NCBI RefSeq assembly: GCF_011745625.1 | Contig: NW_027191452.1 | Location: forward strand, 558,001 to 622,000 | DNA from: Cladosporium halotolerans | Taxonomy: Eukaryota | DNA: 64,000 nt | Direction of reading: 5' to 3' | Shown: positions 34,440-47,775 of the stretch, in pieces | Layout of the letters: each line of letters opens with the position of its first letter | Position numbering within the stretch: position 1 is the stretch's first letter | The notes under the pieces: generated by a model | Told to the model about the DNA's origin: nothing | The model's input: only the letters and a program-made list of their open reading frames with translations | Database searches by the model: none | Program-made: the position numbers and the translations under genes

Positions 34440-37400
34440 TCAAGTGGCAAACATCTTCCTCACTCTTTCAAGCTCCGGCAATAGCTCCAGCATCCGGAAA
34501 GGTTTCGTGACAACGCTATCCATGCCAGCCTCCAAAGCAGCAGCCTGCTGCTCAGCTCTTGCGTTCGCCGTCACGGCAACTATCGGGATATGGCCCTGCA
34601 GAGAGCCCTGAGCTTCCATCTCGCGGATCTGACGCGCACACGCAAGACCATCCATGATCGGCATTTCAACGTCCATTAAGACCAGGTGCAGCGGAATGCC
34701 GCTGTGGCGATTGGCGTGTGAGGTCTTCCTGATATGGGCCAAAGCTTCATGGCCGTGGTTTGCGACTGCAACTGTGTAGCCTGCGCGCACTAGCTGCTTC
34801 GCCACCACCTTCTGGTTGACGAGGTTGTCTTCGACGACGAGCAAATGGAGCTCAGTGCTGGCTAGGTCATCCAGTTCGCTGACCTTTTGTGTGGCAAACT
34901 CGTGAGTGACATGGCTCTGCGTTTGTTCTTCTGTCGTTGCAGCAGCGGTGAAAATGCTGGCTTTCGAACGCCTGCGAACGTTCGAGCCCGAGCCTGTTGA
35001 AAAGGTCTGGCGCGCAGTCTTCGGCTGAGGCGGGCCGCATCGCTGTGCCTGGACGTAGAAAGCAAAAGTTGATCCCACGCCTGACTCAGATGTGAAGCCA
35101 ATTTGGCCACCCTGTCTGCTAGCGAGCTCCCTGCTGATGAAGAGGCCAAGGCCACTTCCTCCGTATTTGATGGAAGTCCTGGGGCTCGCCTGTCCCCATC
35201 GTTGGAACAAACGTGTCATCTCTTCGGGGGAGATACCACGTCCGGTGTCTTTGATCTCGATCGATAGGTATATATCTTCGTCAGCGCGTGGAGATAGCGG
35301 ACTCCTCACATTGGGATCAGCGAGATATTTCATTCCCTCACAGAAGTTCTCTGGACACTGAACGCTAGCGCCAACTGATACTGTGATCTTCCTCAAGTTG
35401 CAATTCGCAGTGAACTTGATGGCGTTGGTAAGTAGGTTGATCAAGATCTGCAACAAACGGCTCGGGTCAAGTCGAAGCCAGTCCAGGTTCAGTGCATAAT
35501 ACGATGGTAAGAAATGGTATTCCAGTGTAATGTCCGATTTGAGCAACTCGCTGTCAAACATTCTGAGCGCCTGCTTGATGGTTTCAACAGGCTGGACTTC
35601 CACCGGACAGATGACAAGCAAGCCCGAATCAAGCTTACTGAGAGTGAGCACGTCGTCAATGATCCTCTTTTGATGTTGGGCACACGCCACGATGATTTCG
35701 GCGCCCTCCAGATGTGTCTCCAGGGCGTCTCGATCCAACGTAATCGTGCCACGATTGTTGTCGAGAAGTTCTTTCAAAGCTGTTGTGATGCTTTCAGCGC
35801 ACAAGGTAATCGCAGATAGCGGATTGCGTGCTTCGTGCGATGTCATGTCCATAAAGTTCTCCTGCTGACGCTTGAGTTCCATGGCCTCTTCGGTCCGACG
35901 AGCTTGGAAGCCTTCCGCCCATTTTTGTCGGCTGATATCGGTAAGACAACCCAAAACACCTGCGACGGTCGCGTCTTCTCTCTTATCAGCGTATGCTGCT
36001 GCCAGAATCCATGTATCTCCCTCAATTTGCTCCCCACTGAGAGTCTCATCTGTCGTGAACGGTCGCTTCAGTCTCAGCTCGAAGTGCACTGGTTCGCCTG
36101 AGGTGAGCTTGGCCCATTCGCGGTCCATGAGTTCATGGTCATCTTCGTGAATCACACTATACCAAGACAGTGGGTAGAACGCGTTGCGTGGATGTTGAGT
36201 AAGCTCAAACCATTCTTCGTTCGCATAGAGCACGTTGCCCAGCTCATCAAAATGAAACATTGCCATGGGAGAAAGCTCAGTCATACGGCGGAACCGAACC
36301 TCAGTCTCTTTCGCCTCTTGCTTGGTTACCGCTAGTTGTTCTGACATTCGAATGCGGTCTTGCGTAGCCAGCTCTGCTGCATCTCGTGATCGCTTCAGCT
36401 CCTCCTCTGCAAGCACGACTGAAGCGATAGATGTCGCCATCTGCCTTGAGAGGATGCTTATGAACGTCTTGTAGTCGCTGTCGTATGCACAACGAGGGTT
36501 GATGCCAATGAGCATAAAGCCCAGCGGGTTTTCACGGTTCGTTGGGCCAACTGGACACAACACAGCGGCCATGCACTCATCTTCGAAAGCACGGGACCTA
36601 GCCACTCCCCGAAGTCCTTGTGGGAAAGTATCGTCCTCATAAGTGAGTAGCATGATCTTCCCGGTGGAAAGGGCTTGCCGGAGTAGGGGGCTAAGTGATT
36701 CAGCCGCCGCGTCAGAGTCTATGCGTGACGGCAAGCCTTTACAGCTTGGAGGCAAGCCTAACATGCCTTCCAGAGTCCATTGACGGCTGCTGAAGCTCGA
36801 TGAGGGGTCGGAGGATGTCTTCGACGTCTGTGAGGTTGCCTCCCATTGCTCGCTGAGGACGTTTGGACGGTGCATTGCGGTGTCAGGGCTTGCAGCGGCA
36901 TATAGCGCAGCAAACGGCACATCATAGTGGTTAGGGTCAAGCCCTTTCACAGCCTGCTTCCAAAAGTCTTGCGTGCCTTTCGCGGCAGTTGTGCATCGCC
37001 CGAGGAGCATCAACGTGGACATCCTTCGCTCGGTCATGACTTGTTTGGTGGTCTCGAAAACTGCATTGTAGAAGCCGGTTCCTCCGTTCTCTGCTGGGAC
37101 GGGCATGATCGCCCAAGAAGCCCATAGCTCCTCACAGAAGCCGTTGCGCTCTGTTATATAGAAGGCGTTATCCCCACTAGCCGACTGTCCCAATTCTTCC
37201 GCATTGTTGAAGTGTTGATCGAAGCTACCGACTAACTCGGGCCATGCCGCTGCTAGAGACATTCCAAGCGCTCCAGGGTGTCGTTTCCCTAATATCAAAG
37301 CATATCCCTCATTGTAAATCATGATCCTGCTCTTCAACCACCAAACCGCCGCGGGCCTCGGATCTAGAAGGCAGGTATTGACCAGACGTCTCAGCTCATC

Positions 37401-37781
37401 GGACCATGAGGACATTGGCCCTAACTCAGTTGAGGACCAGTCATGATTCCGGATGAGAGCGACGTGATCTGGCACGGTGCGGCCCTGGGGAAGCTTCGAA
37501 GCCGTTACATCAAAGGTCCAGATAGGTTTCACAAGAGCTTCGATGGAGTGCTGGCTCCTTCGCTTTAAGCGATTCAGCAATGGTCTTCGCGGTGAAGCTG
37601 TGGCATCACTCGACTCGTGAATGTGGAAATCGGACCCACGTTCTGATATTTGATTCCAGCGCTCGCTCAATGTCGATGAGAGCCATTCTGGGTCGTGCTG
37701 TTTCAGCTTTTCGAACAGATCATCGACATTGACATGCGCCGCTGAGGGGACCGATCTGCGGCGGGCGAAGAGGTTGGACAT
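34440..37781 (-). CDS. Hybrid sensor histidine kinase (PAS-like/PAS, HisKA, HATPase, receiver)
   Basis: H-box [14 protein letters not shown]-box [15 protein letters not shown]-boxes DTGRGI and GGSGLGL, receiver [10 protein letters not shown]...[11 protein letters not shown]...KP. Confidence 0.94.
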   Translation of the reverse strand: MSNLFARRRSVPSAAHVNVDDLFEKLKQHDPEWLSSTLSERWNQISERGSDFHIHESSDATASPRRPLLNRLKRRSQHSIEALVKPIWTFDVTASKLPQGRTVPDHVALIRNHDWSSTELGPMSSWSDELRRLVNTCLLDPRPAAVWWLKSRIMIYNEGYALILGKRHPGALGMSLAAAWPELVGSFDQHFNNAEELGQSASGDNAFYITERNGFCEELWASWAIMPVPAENGGTGFYNAVFETTKQVMTERRMSTLMLLGRCTTAAKGTQDFWKQAVKGLDPNHYDVPFAALYAAASPDTAMHRPNVLSEQWEATSQTSKTSSDPSSSFSSRQWTLEGMLGLPPSCKGLPSRIDSDAAAESLSPLLRQALSTGKIMLLTYEDDTFPQGLRGVARSRAFEDECMAAVLCPVGPTNRENPLGFMLIGINPRCAYDSDYKTFISILSRQMATSIASVVLAEEELKRSRDAAELATQDRIRMSEQLAVTKQEAKETEVRFRRMTELSPMAMFHFDELGNVLYANEEWFELTQHPRNAFYPLSWYSVIHEDDHELMDREWAKLTSGEPVHFELRLKRPFTTDETLSGEQIEGDTWILAAAYADKREDATVAGVLGCLTDISRQKWAEGFQARRTEEAMELKRQQENFMDMTSHEARNPLSAITLCAESITTALKELLDNNRGTITLDRDALETHLEGAEIIVACAQHQKRIIDDVLTLSKLDSGLLVICPVEVQPVETIKQALRMFDSELLKSDITLEYHFLPSYYALNLDWLRLDPSRLLQILINLLTNAIKFTANCNLRKITVSVGASVQCPENFCEGMKYLADPNVRSPLSPRADEDIYLSIEIKDTGRGISPEEMTRLFQRWGQASPRTSIKYGGSGLGLFISRELASRQGGQIGFTSESGVGSTFAFYVQAQRCGPPQPKTARQTFSTGSGSNVRRRSKASIFTAAATTEEQTQSHVTHEFATQKVSELDDLASTELHLLVVEDNLVNQKVVAKQLVRAGYTVAVANHGHEALAHIRKTSHANRHSGIPLHLVLMDVEMPIMDGLACARQIREMEAQGSLQGHIPIVAVTANARAEQQAAALEAGMDSVVTKPFRMLELLPELERVRKMFAT

Positions 37782-38811
37782 GCTGCTACCCAGCGCAGGG
37801 CATTGTAGTGTACTGTCACTGGCAGGACAGGCTGCTTAGCGGTATTCCATGAGTTAGGAGGAGTAGACTGACAGACTCAGAGTCACGGTGAAGAGCCGCA
37901 ATGGAGTATAGAGATGGAGACAGGATTGCGACCAGCGATACTATAGCTGGGATGGCGGCGGCGGGACAATGCCGGGCCAGCCTTCGGTGGGGATCTGCGG
38001 AGCGTCTCCCAGATCTCGCATTCTCGGGCCGGACCCAGCCCCAGAGTCTCCGAGCTCTTGACTTCCGAAATCAAACTGCGCCCCTGGCCAGCACAAGTCA
38101 CGTGCTTGTCAACCGGAGGGCGCCACATGCATGTCATGGTTCCGAAAGTGGATCAAAGTAGCATCTGTTAGATTTCAGTGAAGAGTCAGCCATCTAAGTG
38201 GTGGCCCATTTGTTACATTCTTACGAAGGCGACTGCTTGCACGGAAATCTTCATCACATGAGAAACAAAAGGAATCGCGTACCCACGTCAAGTTCGCTTA
38301 TCTCGGTGGCAGAATGTGAGTTGGAGCTCTGGGAGTCGACGATACTCGCACCAAAATCGATCCGGCGAGTCAAAGCAAGATTGTGATATGGCAGGTCGCT
38401 CATCTTAATCGTACGCGTTCGACGAATCATACGTTTCAACTCTCACACTTGTGACAAAGGTGTGAATCGTTGCATTCAAGAGCCCGAAACCATATACATG
38501 AAAAGCAAAAGTATCACTCGAGGCAACGCGCGAAATGTGAGTATATCCATGCGGGTTTCTCGCTGTAACCATGAAACGCTGACGACACCGGAACGGAACC
38601 TTCGAGGATCCTCGAACGCATGTCTCTCATCTCCAGGGGTAGCATTGTGTTCTTCGATTTAGAGACAAGTTCTCATCATGCAAACATTAGGCGTCGATTC
38701 ATGCGACGTAACGAAAACCTCAACGCAACCAAGCCCGAAGTATGCAAGGCCCATTCTCCGCATCTCTTCCGCACAACAATGCATGCGACCAAGCGCGAAA
38801 CCACGATAAGC

Positions 38812-40796
38812 TCACGCAATCCAGAACCACACTCTCTCGAGCCAATTCTTCGGCACAACCTCCGGCCATTCCTCAGCGTCGAGCGCGGCTTTGCCGGTCC
38901 AAATGTCAGCCTCGGCGGGTTTGACGAACTTGGTGCGCTTGAAGAGCTTCCAGAAAACGAAGAGGCCGATGTAGACGGGGACAACGATGTACCTGGATCA
39001 AGAAGTCAGTAATGCTTAGGGCAATTTGTGGCAAGAAGAAGAATTACGCTGTGATGAAGTCCTCTATGGCCCAGTTCGATTCGCCGGTGATGGCGTCGTG
39101 GGTGAAGACCTTCCAGCCATTGAAGACGACAATGATGACGAAGAAGACAAGCGCGAAGTACGCGTTGTACGGCTGGAACTTTGAGGCCCAAGGCTTGTCC
39201 TTGTCGGTTACACCCTGCGCCTTGCAGGCCTTGCGGAATTGGAGGAAAGCGATGAGAATGCTGATCCAAGTGAACAATGAGGTAATAGTGGTGAGCTGGT
39301 AGCTTGTCAGCTTATTGTCAACACAATTGCTTCGATCTGAATAACTTACCGTCTGGAACCAATTGAAGACATTGTTGGACCCCTCAGAAACGGTCTAAGA
39401 GAGTCAAGTCAGCGTTTGACGTCTCACCGGATCATGTCTTTTCGGCTTACCATATAGGTCAAAAGACCAACAGATGCGGTCGCGAGGACGCAGTACACAG
39501 GCACGCCCTTCTTCGTACAAGTGAGCAAGAAGCGGGGCGCCTGGCCATTCTGAGCCAAAGCAAAGAGGTAACGAGAACCGCTGAAAAGGAAAGCGTTTCC
39601 AGAAGAAGAGGCCGAGGTGAGAATGACGGCATTAATGATGTGTGGCAAGACGGGGATACCGGCGCGGACGATGGCAATGACCCAGGGAGAAGATGCAGCA
39701 CCGGCACCACCGTTGAGCAGGCGGTCGTCATCAGCGGGGACGATGACACCGATTGCGAGCGATCCCAACACGTAGAAGAACATGATGCGCCAGAAGACGC
39801 GGCGGCAGGCCTTCGGAATGTTGCGACGAGGGTTCTCAGCCTCTCCAGCGGCGACGGCAACCATTTCCACACCGCCGTAACTAAATGCAGCATTCACGAG
39901 TGTGGAGAAGAGACCTGCGAAACGGCCAACATATCCGACGCCGACGTATTGTTTCATTGCGGCCCATGGAGCTGTCCAGTACCGGAATCCCAGTCTTCCC
40001 TGGTCGGGGGAGCCGCCGAGATCAATGATGAAGGCCAGGAGCAGCAAGCCAACAATCGTAATGATCTTGATCGAGGCAAAGATGAATTCGGCCTCACCGT
40101 AGATTGATACGGCGAAGATGTTCAGACATATGATCAGCGCGAGAATCAAGGTGATCCACGCAGCCTGGTTGATTTCATCGTTCCAAAAGCCAATGACAAT
40201 CGCAGCGGCGGAGATTTCAGCACAGAGAGTGAGGGAGCTGGATAGCCAATTGTTCCATCCGACGGCAAAACCCATGGCCGGATCGACGTACCGAGCGCAG
40301 TATTGAGGGACAGCACCAGGAAGCGGAAGCCATGTGGCCATCTCACCCAGGCATTGCATCATACCGAAGATGGCGAGACCAGTGAACGAGTAACCGAGAA
40401 GGACAGAGAGAGGGCCAGCCTTGACGAAAGCACTGCCGATACCCTAGGCAATCGAGGTCAGCACCATTCTCCTGCCAAATGGAGAGGTCAGCCTGCTATA
40501 CTCACCAAGAACAAACCAGTGCCAATGGTACCACCAAGGGCAATGAATTGGATGTGGCGTGATTTGAGGCCACGAGCGACGTATCCATACTCTTTGGTAT
40601 CGTCAGTGTTGTCCTGTCACTTGGTTTCTGGGGTATACCGACTCTCAGCAGTTTCAACATCACCGTACAGGGCTGCCGCTTCTCCTACGGCGACCGAGCC
40701 TCTGCGAAACTCAGTGATGCCGTTCTCATGGTCGGAGCTGGCAATGTTCTTGTCATCGACAATGTACTGGCGCTTCTCCTCGTCGGAATCTGCCAT
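38812..40796 (-). CDS. Amino acid permease (YAT family, proline permease Put4/PrnB-like)
   Basis: Multi-intron gene. YGYVARGLKSRHIQFIALGGTIGTGLFL|GIG, LGEMATWLP, YGEAEF, AAGEAENPRRNIPKA; ends WLERVWFWIA*. Confidence 0.92.
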
Positions 40797-42330
40797 GATG
40801 AGGGGGTTCGCGAGAAGGTTTTGAGTGGGATCCAGCAGTTGGTGTTCAAGAAAGTGAGCTGGGTGGTGTCGACTACCAAGCCCGCACAGTAGTGACCAGG
40901 TGAAGGGATCGCTGCAGTGAAGAGTACCTTGCTTGTCCCGAACAAAAGGACGCTGCGTGCGATGTCAGGCCACGGAGGTTGAATGTTGCGGAGGGCGTGC
41001 GAGCGGCGCGAAGGCGCGCTGCTTTTAAAGCAGTGCTCTTGCGCGAATCGCGCCTTCCCTGCGATTAGGCCCGGACGAGAGCAATGGCGATCCGCTGCTA
41101 GGTGCCGCTGTGACCCTGCCTAGTCCCATACCACGCCGCTCTAAGCAAGACCTCGATTGTCAATGGCCTACCGGCGCCGAAGCCTGCAGATGAACGCCAC
41201 ACAGGCTAGGGGCCTGGACACGACAGGAACGAGCATGTCGTCGCGACACGCCGCAGGTGACATGCGACCAGGGCAATGGCACTGCACCCAAAGTTGGCGC
41301 TAAGCAGCACAACTCAGCCCGGCACACACGCTTGAGCAAAAGCAGCATTGTCGTGAAAGACTGACACGCGATAAGCATGGCGAGCCCGGCTCCGCACGTA
41401 ATGGCGCCGTCCACGGCAGAGATGCGGCAGAGATGAGGTTGGTCCTCCGTGGCGATGCCCGCTCCTTACCCCAACGCTAGCGGAGTCGTGTCCAGACCGT
41501 CGAGGTTTGCCCCAGGCCCATCCTTTCCACGTCCACACGATCAAGTGGCGCCGCACATGCTATTGCCATGGTGGATGCAGACACGACGGATTTCTCCGAC
41601 CTGTGGCGCACAACAAGGAACGCTCACAGGCGCGAGTCCCTTTGTCAACACACCCACCACGCATGCTGTGACACGCGACACGCACTCTTCCTGACGACGA
41701 CGATAACTAGCGAGAAAATAGCGCCCGGGTGCCGCCGCCGCAAGGCCTGAAGGAAGCAAGATTCCAGAAGCGCCGAGGGCTGGGCTGCAGAGATAAGGCG
41801 AGCGGTAGGGGCCCTGGTGGCTGCTTGTCTGCCACGCTTGATTCGAAGCTTGGCACTTTCGCAACAGCGCCTGGCCACGTCCTTCTTTGCGCCGCACGAT
41901 AGCACGCCAACCCGTCTGTCGCCGGGCAGGGGTAGGTTTTGTCAATACAACTTACCCTGACGGGTGTGGCCCGCCTGAGGCTGATACTGCTTATCGTGGC
42001 CATGATACACCAAGACGTGTCGGCCTGAACTGTCATTGCGCGATAAATGCAGGTATCGAACGCCAACATTCGCGTCCAAGCGACCGGATACCCTCGCCGC
42101 TACCCGGAGAGGTGCCTATCCGGCGGACGTTCATTGTACGTGTGCGAGAGTGACCCTTGATCTTGGAAAAGATTGGCGGACAGGCCGCAATTCTCCCGCG
42201 TACTCTACTGTCTATCAAAACAACAACACCGCGGAATCCCACTCCCAGACGCCATGCTGAAAATGCTCAATGCTCGATTTTGAGCCCCAGTTCCCACTAT
42301 GCGACCTCCATGCCTAGTAAGCGCGTGCTT

Positions 42331-45300
42331 TCAACCCAATTGACCAATACTCGTCAACACCCTCACGACCGCCGCCTGCAATCCATCGTCGTGCCCGCCC
42401 ACCGCCGTCTTAACATTCTGCAACGCCAGCTCGCGCTCGGTCCCAGGGAAGATCCTGTCCCTCAGACTCCGCTCGTGCTTCGTCAAGCTCTCGACATCGT
42501 CCCTGAGCGTCTGCACATTCATCTGCAAGTCCTGCACGTCCGCGCCAGCGATCCCCTCCGCGGCGCCGATGGCCTTCGCGGCGCGGAGGATGAGCGAGAT
42601 GAGGATCAGACTGCGGGCCTCGGAGACGGTTCCCAGCGTGACGGCGCCCGCGCGCGGGTTGCGAGCGGAGGGCTTCGCGTTCATGAGCGCGCGCTCGGCG
42701 CGCTCGAGCTGCGCGGGGAACGAGTTGAGGAAGGCCGAGACCTCTGCTGCGATGGCGGGGCCGACGGCGTCGAGGAGGTTGAGGCAGAGTGGGAGGAAGC
42801 CGTCGGACCAGATGGCGAACATGCGGTGGGGCTCGTCGAAGGGGCCTTTGCCGCCGTCCTTGCGGAAGTAGTTGCTCAGGTTGGCGCCGCTGAGCTGGGA
42901 CAGGACACCGCTTGCCGCCATGCGCTCGGCGATTTGGGGAACGGAAGACAGCGTCACGATGAAATTGGCGGCGATGAAGCCGTAGATGGGGTCTTGGTTG
43001 GTATGTTCGGCCAGCTGGTCGGACCATGAGAAGAGGCTGAGGCCACCGCGGATGATGTTAGAGCTGTCGACCATGTTCGCGATCTGGGAGTGAATTTGGT
43101 GCACTCCGCGTACGGAGAGAATGGCTCGCAGCAGTGCTGAGAGCAGCTGGAAATCGCTGGGCTCTGCCAACTCCATGCTTGTGTGAAGGTTCCCGCAGAG
43201 AGCACGGAAGCCCGACGCGATCGTCTGTCCAACGATCTCGATGAGTATCGTGCCGGTTGACGGCTGCAATATGACCTTCGTGCCCGTGTTCATGCCAGGG
43301 GCCACTGGCCTCGGATTCAGATACGTGTGAGGCTGCAGAGACAGGTATAGTATTTGTAGAAGCGTGGTGTAGTACTTCAGGTCCTGCGGCACTTGCGCCA
43401 CGTCATAGTTCACTGGGCTCGTCTTCACCAGATGCCAAGCGACAGGCAGAAGATCCCTCACCTGGTCGATTCCAGACTTGACAGCGACCAGTCGAGAAAT
43501 CAAAACGAAAGCAAGGTCTGCTCTTGTTTGAAGCAATTCGGGGGCACATGGCATGTCCAGATTGATGCTGCTGTTTGCGTTGAGCGCGTTCTGTGCCGTA
43601 GTCGCAAGGATTTGCTGTAGTGCCGGGTCCTCATCCGTGCATTCCGATAGGGTGGTCGCCAGTGTTTTCCACGAAGTAAGAAGGCGGGTTTGCGCCTCCA
43701 CTAAGCTCAAATTGATGTTCGCACGACAGAACTCCTCCCTAAGACCTTGTTTGCCAAGCCAGTGGACGTCGAAGCCCAGCATTTCGTTGGCCAGCTGAAC
43801 ATCGTAGAAGTAGTTGTCGCCTAGGGGTGCGGGATTGGCCAGGGTACGCTTGAAGTCAGCCGGCACACAAGGCAGGTTTCTCGGCATGTTCTTCGCAAAG
43901 TTGGAGTGCAGTGAGTTGTTGTACCCGTCCACCTTCACCGCTTCTTCACTGACGAAGTGCAAGCTTGAAACAACAGACTTGAGCTGAGACTTGTCGCCAA
44001 TCTCGAGACTAGCGTGAAGATTGACTGCCACGATATCGCAAACGAGTGCTGCCATCTGAATCTCAGGAATGGCACTGGTGACCTCCGTCACATTGCCAGA
44101 CCTTGACAAAGGCTTCAATTCGTTCAGCCATGCAAGCGCATTTTTCAGAAAGTCCGACTTCGTTCGAACCTCGTTCGTTGCCCAAATCCAGACCTGCTGT
44201 GCTTTGGCAACGAATTGCAACATTGCGATGGCGCGTCCGGGCTTCAGGCTACGCATGTCCGTCAGCTGCTCAAGCGCATAGCCTAAAAGTGTCCTACGAG
44301 TTGCTTTGTTGTCTTCAGACTTGTATCTGTCTTTAGGGAGTGCTCCTGTCAGAAGATACACTGAGAAGTATTGCTGGTTGCTTTCCAATACCGAGGTGAG
44401 GAAACGCCATATCGTGCATTCGTCGTTCTGGTTCTTTAAAGGTTGATCAAGTTGGGACAGCAGAGCGAGGAAGTCTTTGGACTGGTCGTAGCTCAATTGA
44501 CCCAGAATGGAAGGCAGCTCGGTATTGTCGGCCGGTGATGATACGAGAACCTCTGTGAACAGCTCGGCAATCGGCGCTCTGTAGGCTTGGTTCGCGGCAA
44601 ACAGCTCCGCAAATAGGGAAGACAGCTTGACCAGCTGCGTTGGAAGCGATCCTGCAGTTCCGTTCCGGAGCCGGAGTGTCCTGACAACCGTGATCAAGTA
44701 TTTGCATACAGAGACAGTTTGGTCTTTGATCAGAATTTGCTGAGACGGAACCAGCGATGTTTCGTTGACATGAGTGCCTTGCGATAAGACAGCGGCCAAA
44801 GGCGCGAGGACAAAATCAGAGATGGTCTGCGTAGTCGCCGCAACAGACAATACCTCTGTCACGTTCCTGCCGTCAGCTGTTTCCAATCCTATGCCGTACG
44901 CGGTGGTAAGCAGGCGGTTGAATGAGTCGCATAGCTTCGTGACCACGGTAGCCTTCTCTTCAAGGATACCAAATCCCCAATCGTTCAGATTCATGAGCGC
45001 ATCTTGCGCGACCCGCGTGTATGCTGTGAGAACAAGGGATATCGTCCGTTCGGGTGTCTGCTCCGGAGTTTCCATTGGCGAGTCAAACCGACGCCTGGGC
45101 TGCGCTCCTTCGGCCTTCGGTTTGCGCTGGATGACATTGAAGCTTGCATCTTCAAGCAAAGTCTCGTAGAGTCTGATGCACGATTTCAAGAAGCCGTAAT
45201 TGCCAGAACGGACCTCTACGCCAGAGACTACCGCAACGAGCGCGCTGACTCCGCCGTTCATCCCAAGAAGGCTGCTTCTGGAAAGCCATGACCAGGTACG

Positions 45301-47775
45301 CTCAGGGTTGCGCTTCACCAGAGCGTCAAAAAAGTCAGTGCAAGCCACGAGAAGCGCGAGCGAGCCCTCTTGTGCGTTCTGGTCGACGAAGGCCAGCAGC
45401 TCGAGCTCCGCGATCTCGGCCAAAACAGATACGATGTCTCGTTCTTCTCCGAGTGAGGAGCCAAATCGGGCGAGGGTGTCGTCGCACTCTTCTCTATCGG
45501 CAGATCCTTTTACCAAAGTGGCCATAAGAGCCACGATTTCTGAAGCGGCATGCCTGTCGATGCCTTCAGTTGACGCAGGAACAATGAGTTCAGAATTCGG
45601 AAGCAAGGTTGACAACAAAACGCCAAGATAGGCAAGGCCAGAGTGCTTGTAAGATAACATCAGGACAAAGGGTCTGGTGTCTTTCACAATGATGCCTGTA
45701 GTTCCCCTAGGTATCTCTGAGATCTGACTTGGATTGCGGCCGTCCGCAAGTACCATCGAACGCGAGTTCTCTTGGCTCTGATAGAAGCTCAGCGATGGTC
45801 TTGGTTCAAAAATGGCAAGGTCCTTGGTAAGATGCATGCTGTTCGTGCCCTCGTTCTCGTCATCGAGTTCATACGATCCAAATCTCTCGTGTACTAGGAC
45901 AGTGAAACTCTTCAAGTGGTCCATCATATGAACGACCTTTGCCGTGTCCTCAGAGCGTACAGAGGCAAGGCATGTGAGGATTCTCAGCAGAGGTGAAAGC
46001 TCGTAGGGGTAGCGTACAAGTGCTTGATCCAGAATGTACGGTCTGAAACGTTGGGCGTCGGACAAGGCGCGCTCAAAAAGTGCACTCGACACATCCGACG
46101 AGCCACTTGTAGGCGTGTCTGGAGCGAAAAGCGCTAGAATCGCTTCCAAAACTTCTTCATCGTATTCCACCATCGGCAAGCTAGCCCTCGCAAGCTCAAA
46201 AAGAACCAGACGGCCGATGACAGCGGTCGACATGTCAGAATTTGCGGAAAAGGCAGCTGCAACGCTGTTGCTGAGGTTGGCGATTATGGCATAAACTTGC
46301 ATGAAGTGCGTTGCAACGCTTGCGAAGAACTGTGCAGGATCGTCTCGATGTTCGCCAAACTCAATGTCCTGGAGGGAGTCCCACGTTTTCTCCAAGGCCG
46401 TGTGGGCCCCACTGGACGGACGTATAGACGAGGTACGTCTCGCAAGTTCGCGATCGCTGCCTTCTTCGTCGTGTTGCGCCTGATCGGCCGCCACAAGGTC
46501 GCGGATCATCGTGGTAATCACGCTCCATGCGTAAATAGCAGGACAAGCAACCTTGTTTCCGCAATCCGCTGCCTGGAACAGGATGAGGTTGATTTCCTTG
46601 ACGCATGCGTCATCTGCAATAAACGGAGCAGGGCCAAGGTCAGGGTAGCTGGGACCATTGTTCTTTTGGGCCGTCCTTCTGTCCTCGATAGCCTTCGTCG
46701 TTTCGGGCAATTTCAGTATCGCTACGCTCGTGATCGAAACCAGGCATTGAAGAATTGGAATATAGACCCCTTGCGGATCGCTCATGGGAGACAAATCGCC
46801 AAAGAATCCGATAGATCTCATGAGCTTAAACCACTCGAGTGCGTCAGTGGGCGTGACGGCATGGCTGAGTGCGAAAGCCTGCGCCAAAGCGACCCGCATT
46901 GTGTTAACAAGGTCTTGAATGACTGAATCGTAAAAGGCAATGGTGAGCTCCGGGCGCTCTTTGAAGGCAGTCGGCCAATGAGCAGGGCCTTCGAGGGTCT
47001 TAGCGATACGACTGATTGCTGTAATGCAATCCGACAATTTGATTTGCTCGCCACCTTCTTTTTCGTATACGCAGCGAGCCTGTGCCATTGTCCAAGCTTG
47101 ATCTCCTTCAGAGGGAGAGGCGTTGGACATGACCGCCAGCTCTGTACCATCTTCAACTGCGCTCGCAGCCAGCGAAATCAGGATTGCGCTACACGCAGTC
47201 GCAGCGCTTCGCTCTTCCAGACAGATCTGAAGCAGTCTCTTCCGTCGAAGCTCAGTATCCGAGAAGTCAGGTCCTGACTTCGTCTCAGCATCGACGGGAG
47301 CTCCTGAAGTCGCCTTGCTCTTGCCGAAGTATGACTGCGTGAGAGCCAGATCCTGGTTGTCACTCTGGACTTTACCAAGCAACAGATCTGCTGGTCTTTT
47401 TTGCCATTCCACAATGGCACATCTCAATGCTGAAAGCTCGTCAATCCCAAGCTCTTTTGAAACCCACAGAGCATCGTCCTTGAATTGCTGTAAATCGTAG
47501 TCGTTGTTTGTCGGCTGCGACACATTGATCGGCGCAGTCTTGTTGTCGAATTGCGATTTGGACTGAGGGGATGCTTGCTGAAAGGGAGCAAAAGGCCTAG
47601 CCAAAATGCTTCGAGTCTCCTCGTCCGAGACGAAGCTCTCCAGGGCGCTATTCGCATCGGCATTTCGTAGATCGCTGAGAGATGTGTACACCGATCTCCA
47701 GGGGATTAGAGCTTCCGCACCAGACAAGCATTTGTCCAGCGCAGGGAAGTATGTGGCCTCTGGCTTTGCGGCCAT
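42331..47775 (-). CDS. NUP188: Nuclear pore scaffold nucleoporin Nup188 (Nup184-like)
   Basis: Intronless 1814-aa helical-solenoid-like ORF. N-terminus YFPALDKCL...FDNKTAPINV...KDDALWVSKELGIDELSALR..IVEWQ and C-terminal IWSDGFLPLCLNLL are typical of fungal Nup188. Confidence 0.85.
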   Translation of the reverse strand: MAAKPEATYFPALDKCLSGAEALIPWRSVYTSLSDLRNADANSALESFVSDEETRSILARPFAPFQQASPQSKSQFDNKTAPINVSQPTNNDYDLQQFKDDALWVSKELGIDELSALRCAIVEWQKRPADLLLGKVQSDNQDLALTQSYFGKSKATSGAPVDAETKSGPDFSDTELRRKRLLQICLEERSAATACSAILISLAASAVEDGTELAVMSNASPSEGDQAWTMAQARCVYEKEGGEQIKLSDCITAISRIAKTLEGPAHWPTAFKERPELTIAFYDSVIQDLVNTMRVALAQAFALSHAVTPTDALEWFKLMRSIGFFGDLSPMSDPQGVYIPILQCLVSITSVAILKLPETTKAIEDRRTAQKNNGPSYPDLGPAPFIADDACVKEINLILFQAADCGNKVACPAIYAWSVITTMIRDLVAADQAQHDEEGSDRELARRTSSIRPSSGAHTALEKTWDSLQDIEFGEHRDDPAQFFASVATHFMQVYAIIANLSNSVAAAFSANSDMSTAVIGRLVLFELARASLPMVEYDEEVLEAILALFAPDTPTSGSSDVSSALFERALSDAQRFRPYILDQALVRYPYELSPLLRILTCLASVRSEDTAKVVHMMDHLKSFTVLVHERFGSYELDDENEGTNSMHLTKDLAIFEPRPSLSFYQSQENSRSMVLADGRNPSQISEIPRGTTGIIVKDTRPFVLMLSYKHSGLAYLGVLLSTLLPNSELIVPASTEGIDRHAASEIVALMATLVKGSADREECDDTLARFGSSLGEERDIVSVLAEIAELELLAFVDQNAQEGSLALLVACTDFFDALVKRNPERTWSWLSRSSLLGMNGGVSALVAVVSGVEVRSGNYGFLKSCIRLYETLLEDASFNVIQRKPKAEGAQPRRRFDSPMETPEQTPERTISLVLTAYTRVAQDALMNLNDWGFGILEEKATVVTKLCDSFNRLLTTAYGIGLETADGRNVTEVLSVAATTQTISDFVLAPLAAVLSQGTHVNETSLVPSQQILIKDQTVSVCKYLITVVRTLRLRNGTAGSLPTQLVKLSSLFAELFAANQAYRAPIAELFTEVLVSSPADNTELPSILGQLSYDQSKDFLALLSQLDQPLKNQNDECTIWRFLTSVLESNQQYFSVYLLTGALPKDRYKSEDNKATRRTLLGYALEQLTDMRSLKPGRAIAMLQFVAKAQQVWIWATNEVRTKSDFLKNALAWLNELKPLSRSGNVTEVTSAIPEIQMAALVCDIVAVNLHASLEIGDKSQLKSVVSSLHFVSEEAVKVDGYNNSLHSNFAKNMPRNLPCVPADFKRTLANPAPLGDNYFYDVQLANEMLGFDVHWLGKQGLREEFCRANINLSLVEAQTRLLTSWKTLATTLSECTDEDPALQQILATTAQNALNANSSINLDMPCAPELLQTRADLAFVLISRLVAVKSGIDQVRDLLPVAWHLVKTSPVNYDVAQVPQDLKYYTTLLQILYLSLQPHTYLNPRPVAPGMNTGTKVILQPSTGTILIEIVGQTIASGFRALCGNLHTSMELAEPSDFQLLSALLRAILSVRGVHQIHSQIANMVDSSNIIRGGLSLFSWSDQLAEHTNQDPIYGFIAANFIVTLSSVPQIAERMAASGVLSQLSGANLSNYFRKDGGKGPFDEPHRMFAIWSDGFLPLCLNLLDAVGPAIAAEVSAFLNSFPAQLERAERALMNAKPSARNPRAGAVTLGTVSEARSLILISLILRAAKAIGAAEGIAGADVQDLQMNVQTLRDDVESLTKHERSLRDRIFPGTERELALQNVKTAVGGHDDGLQAAVVRVLTSIGQLG

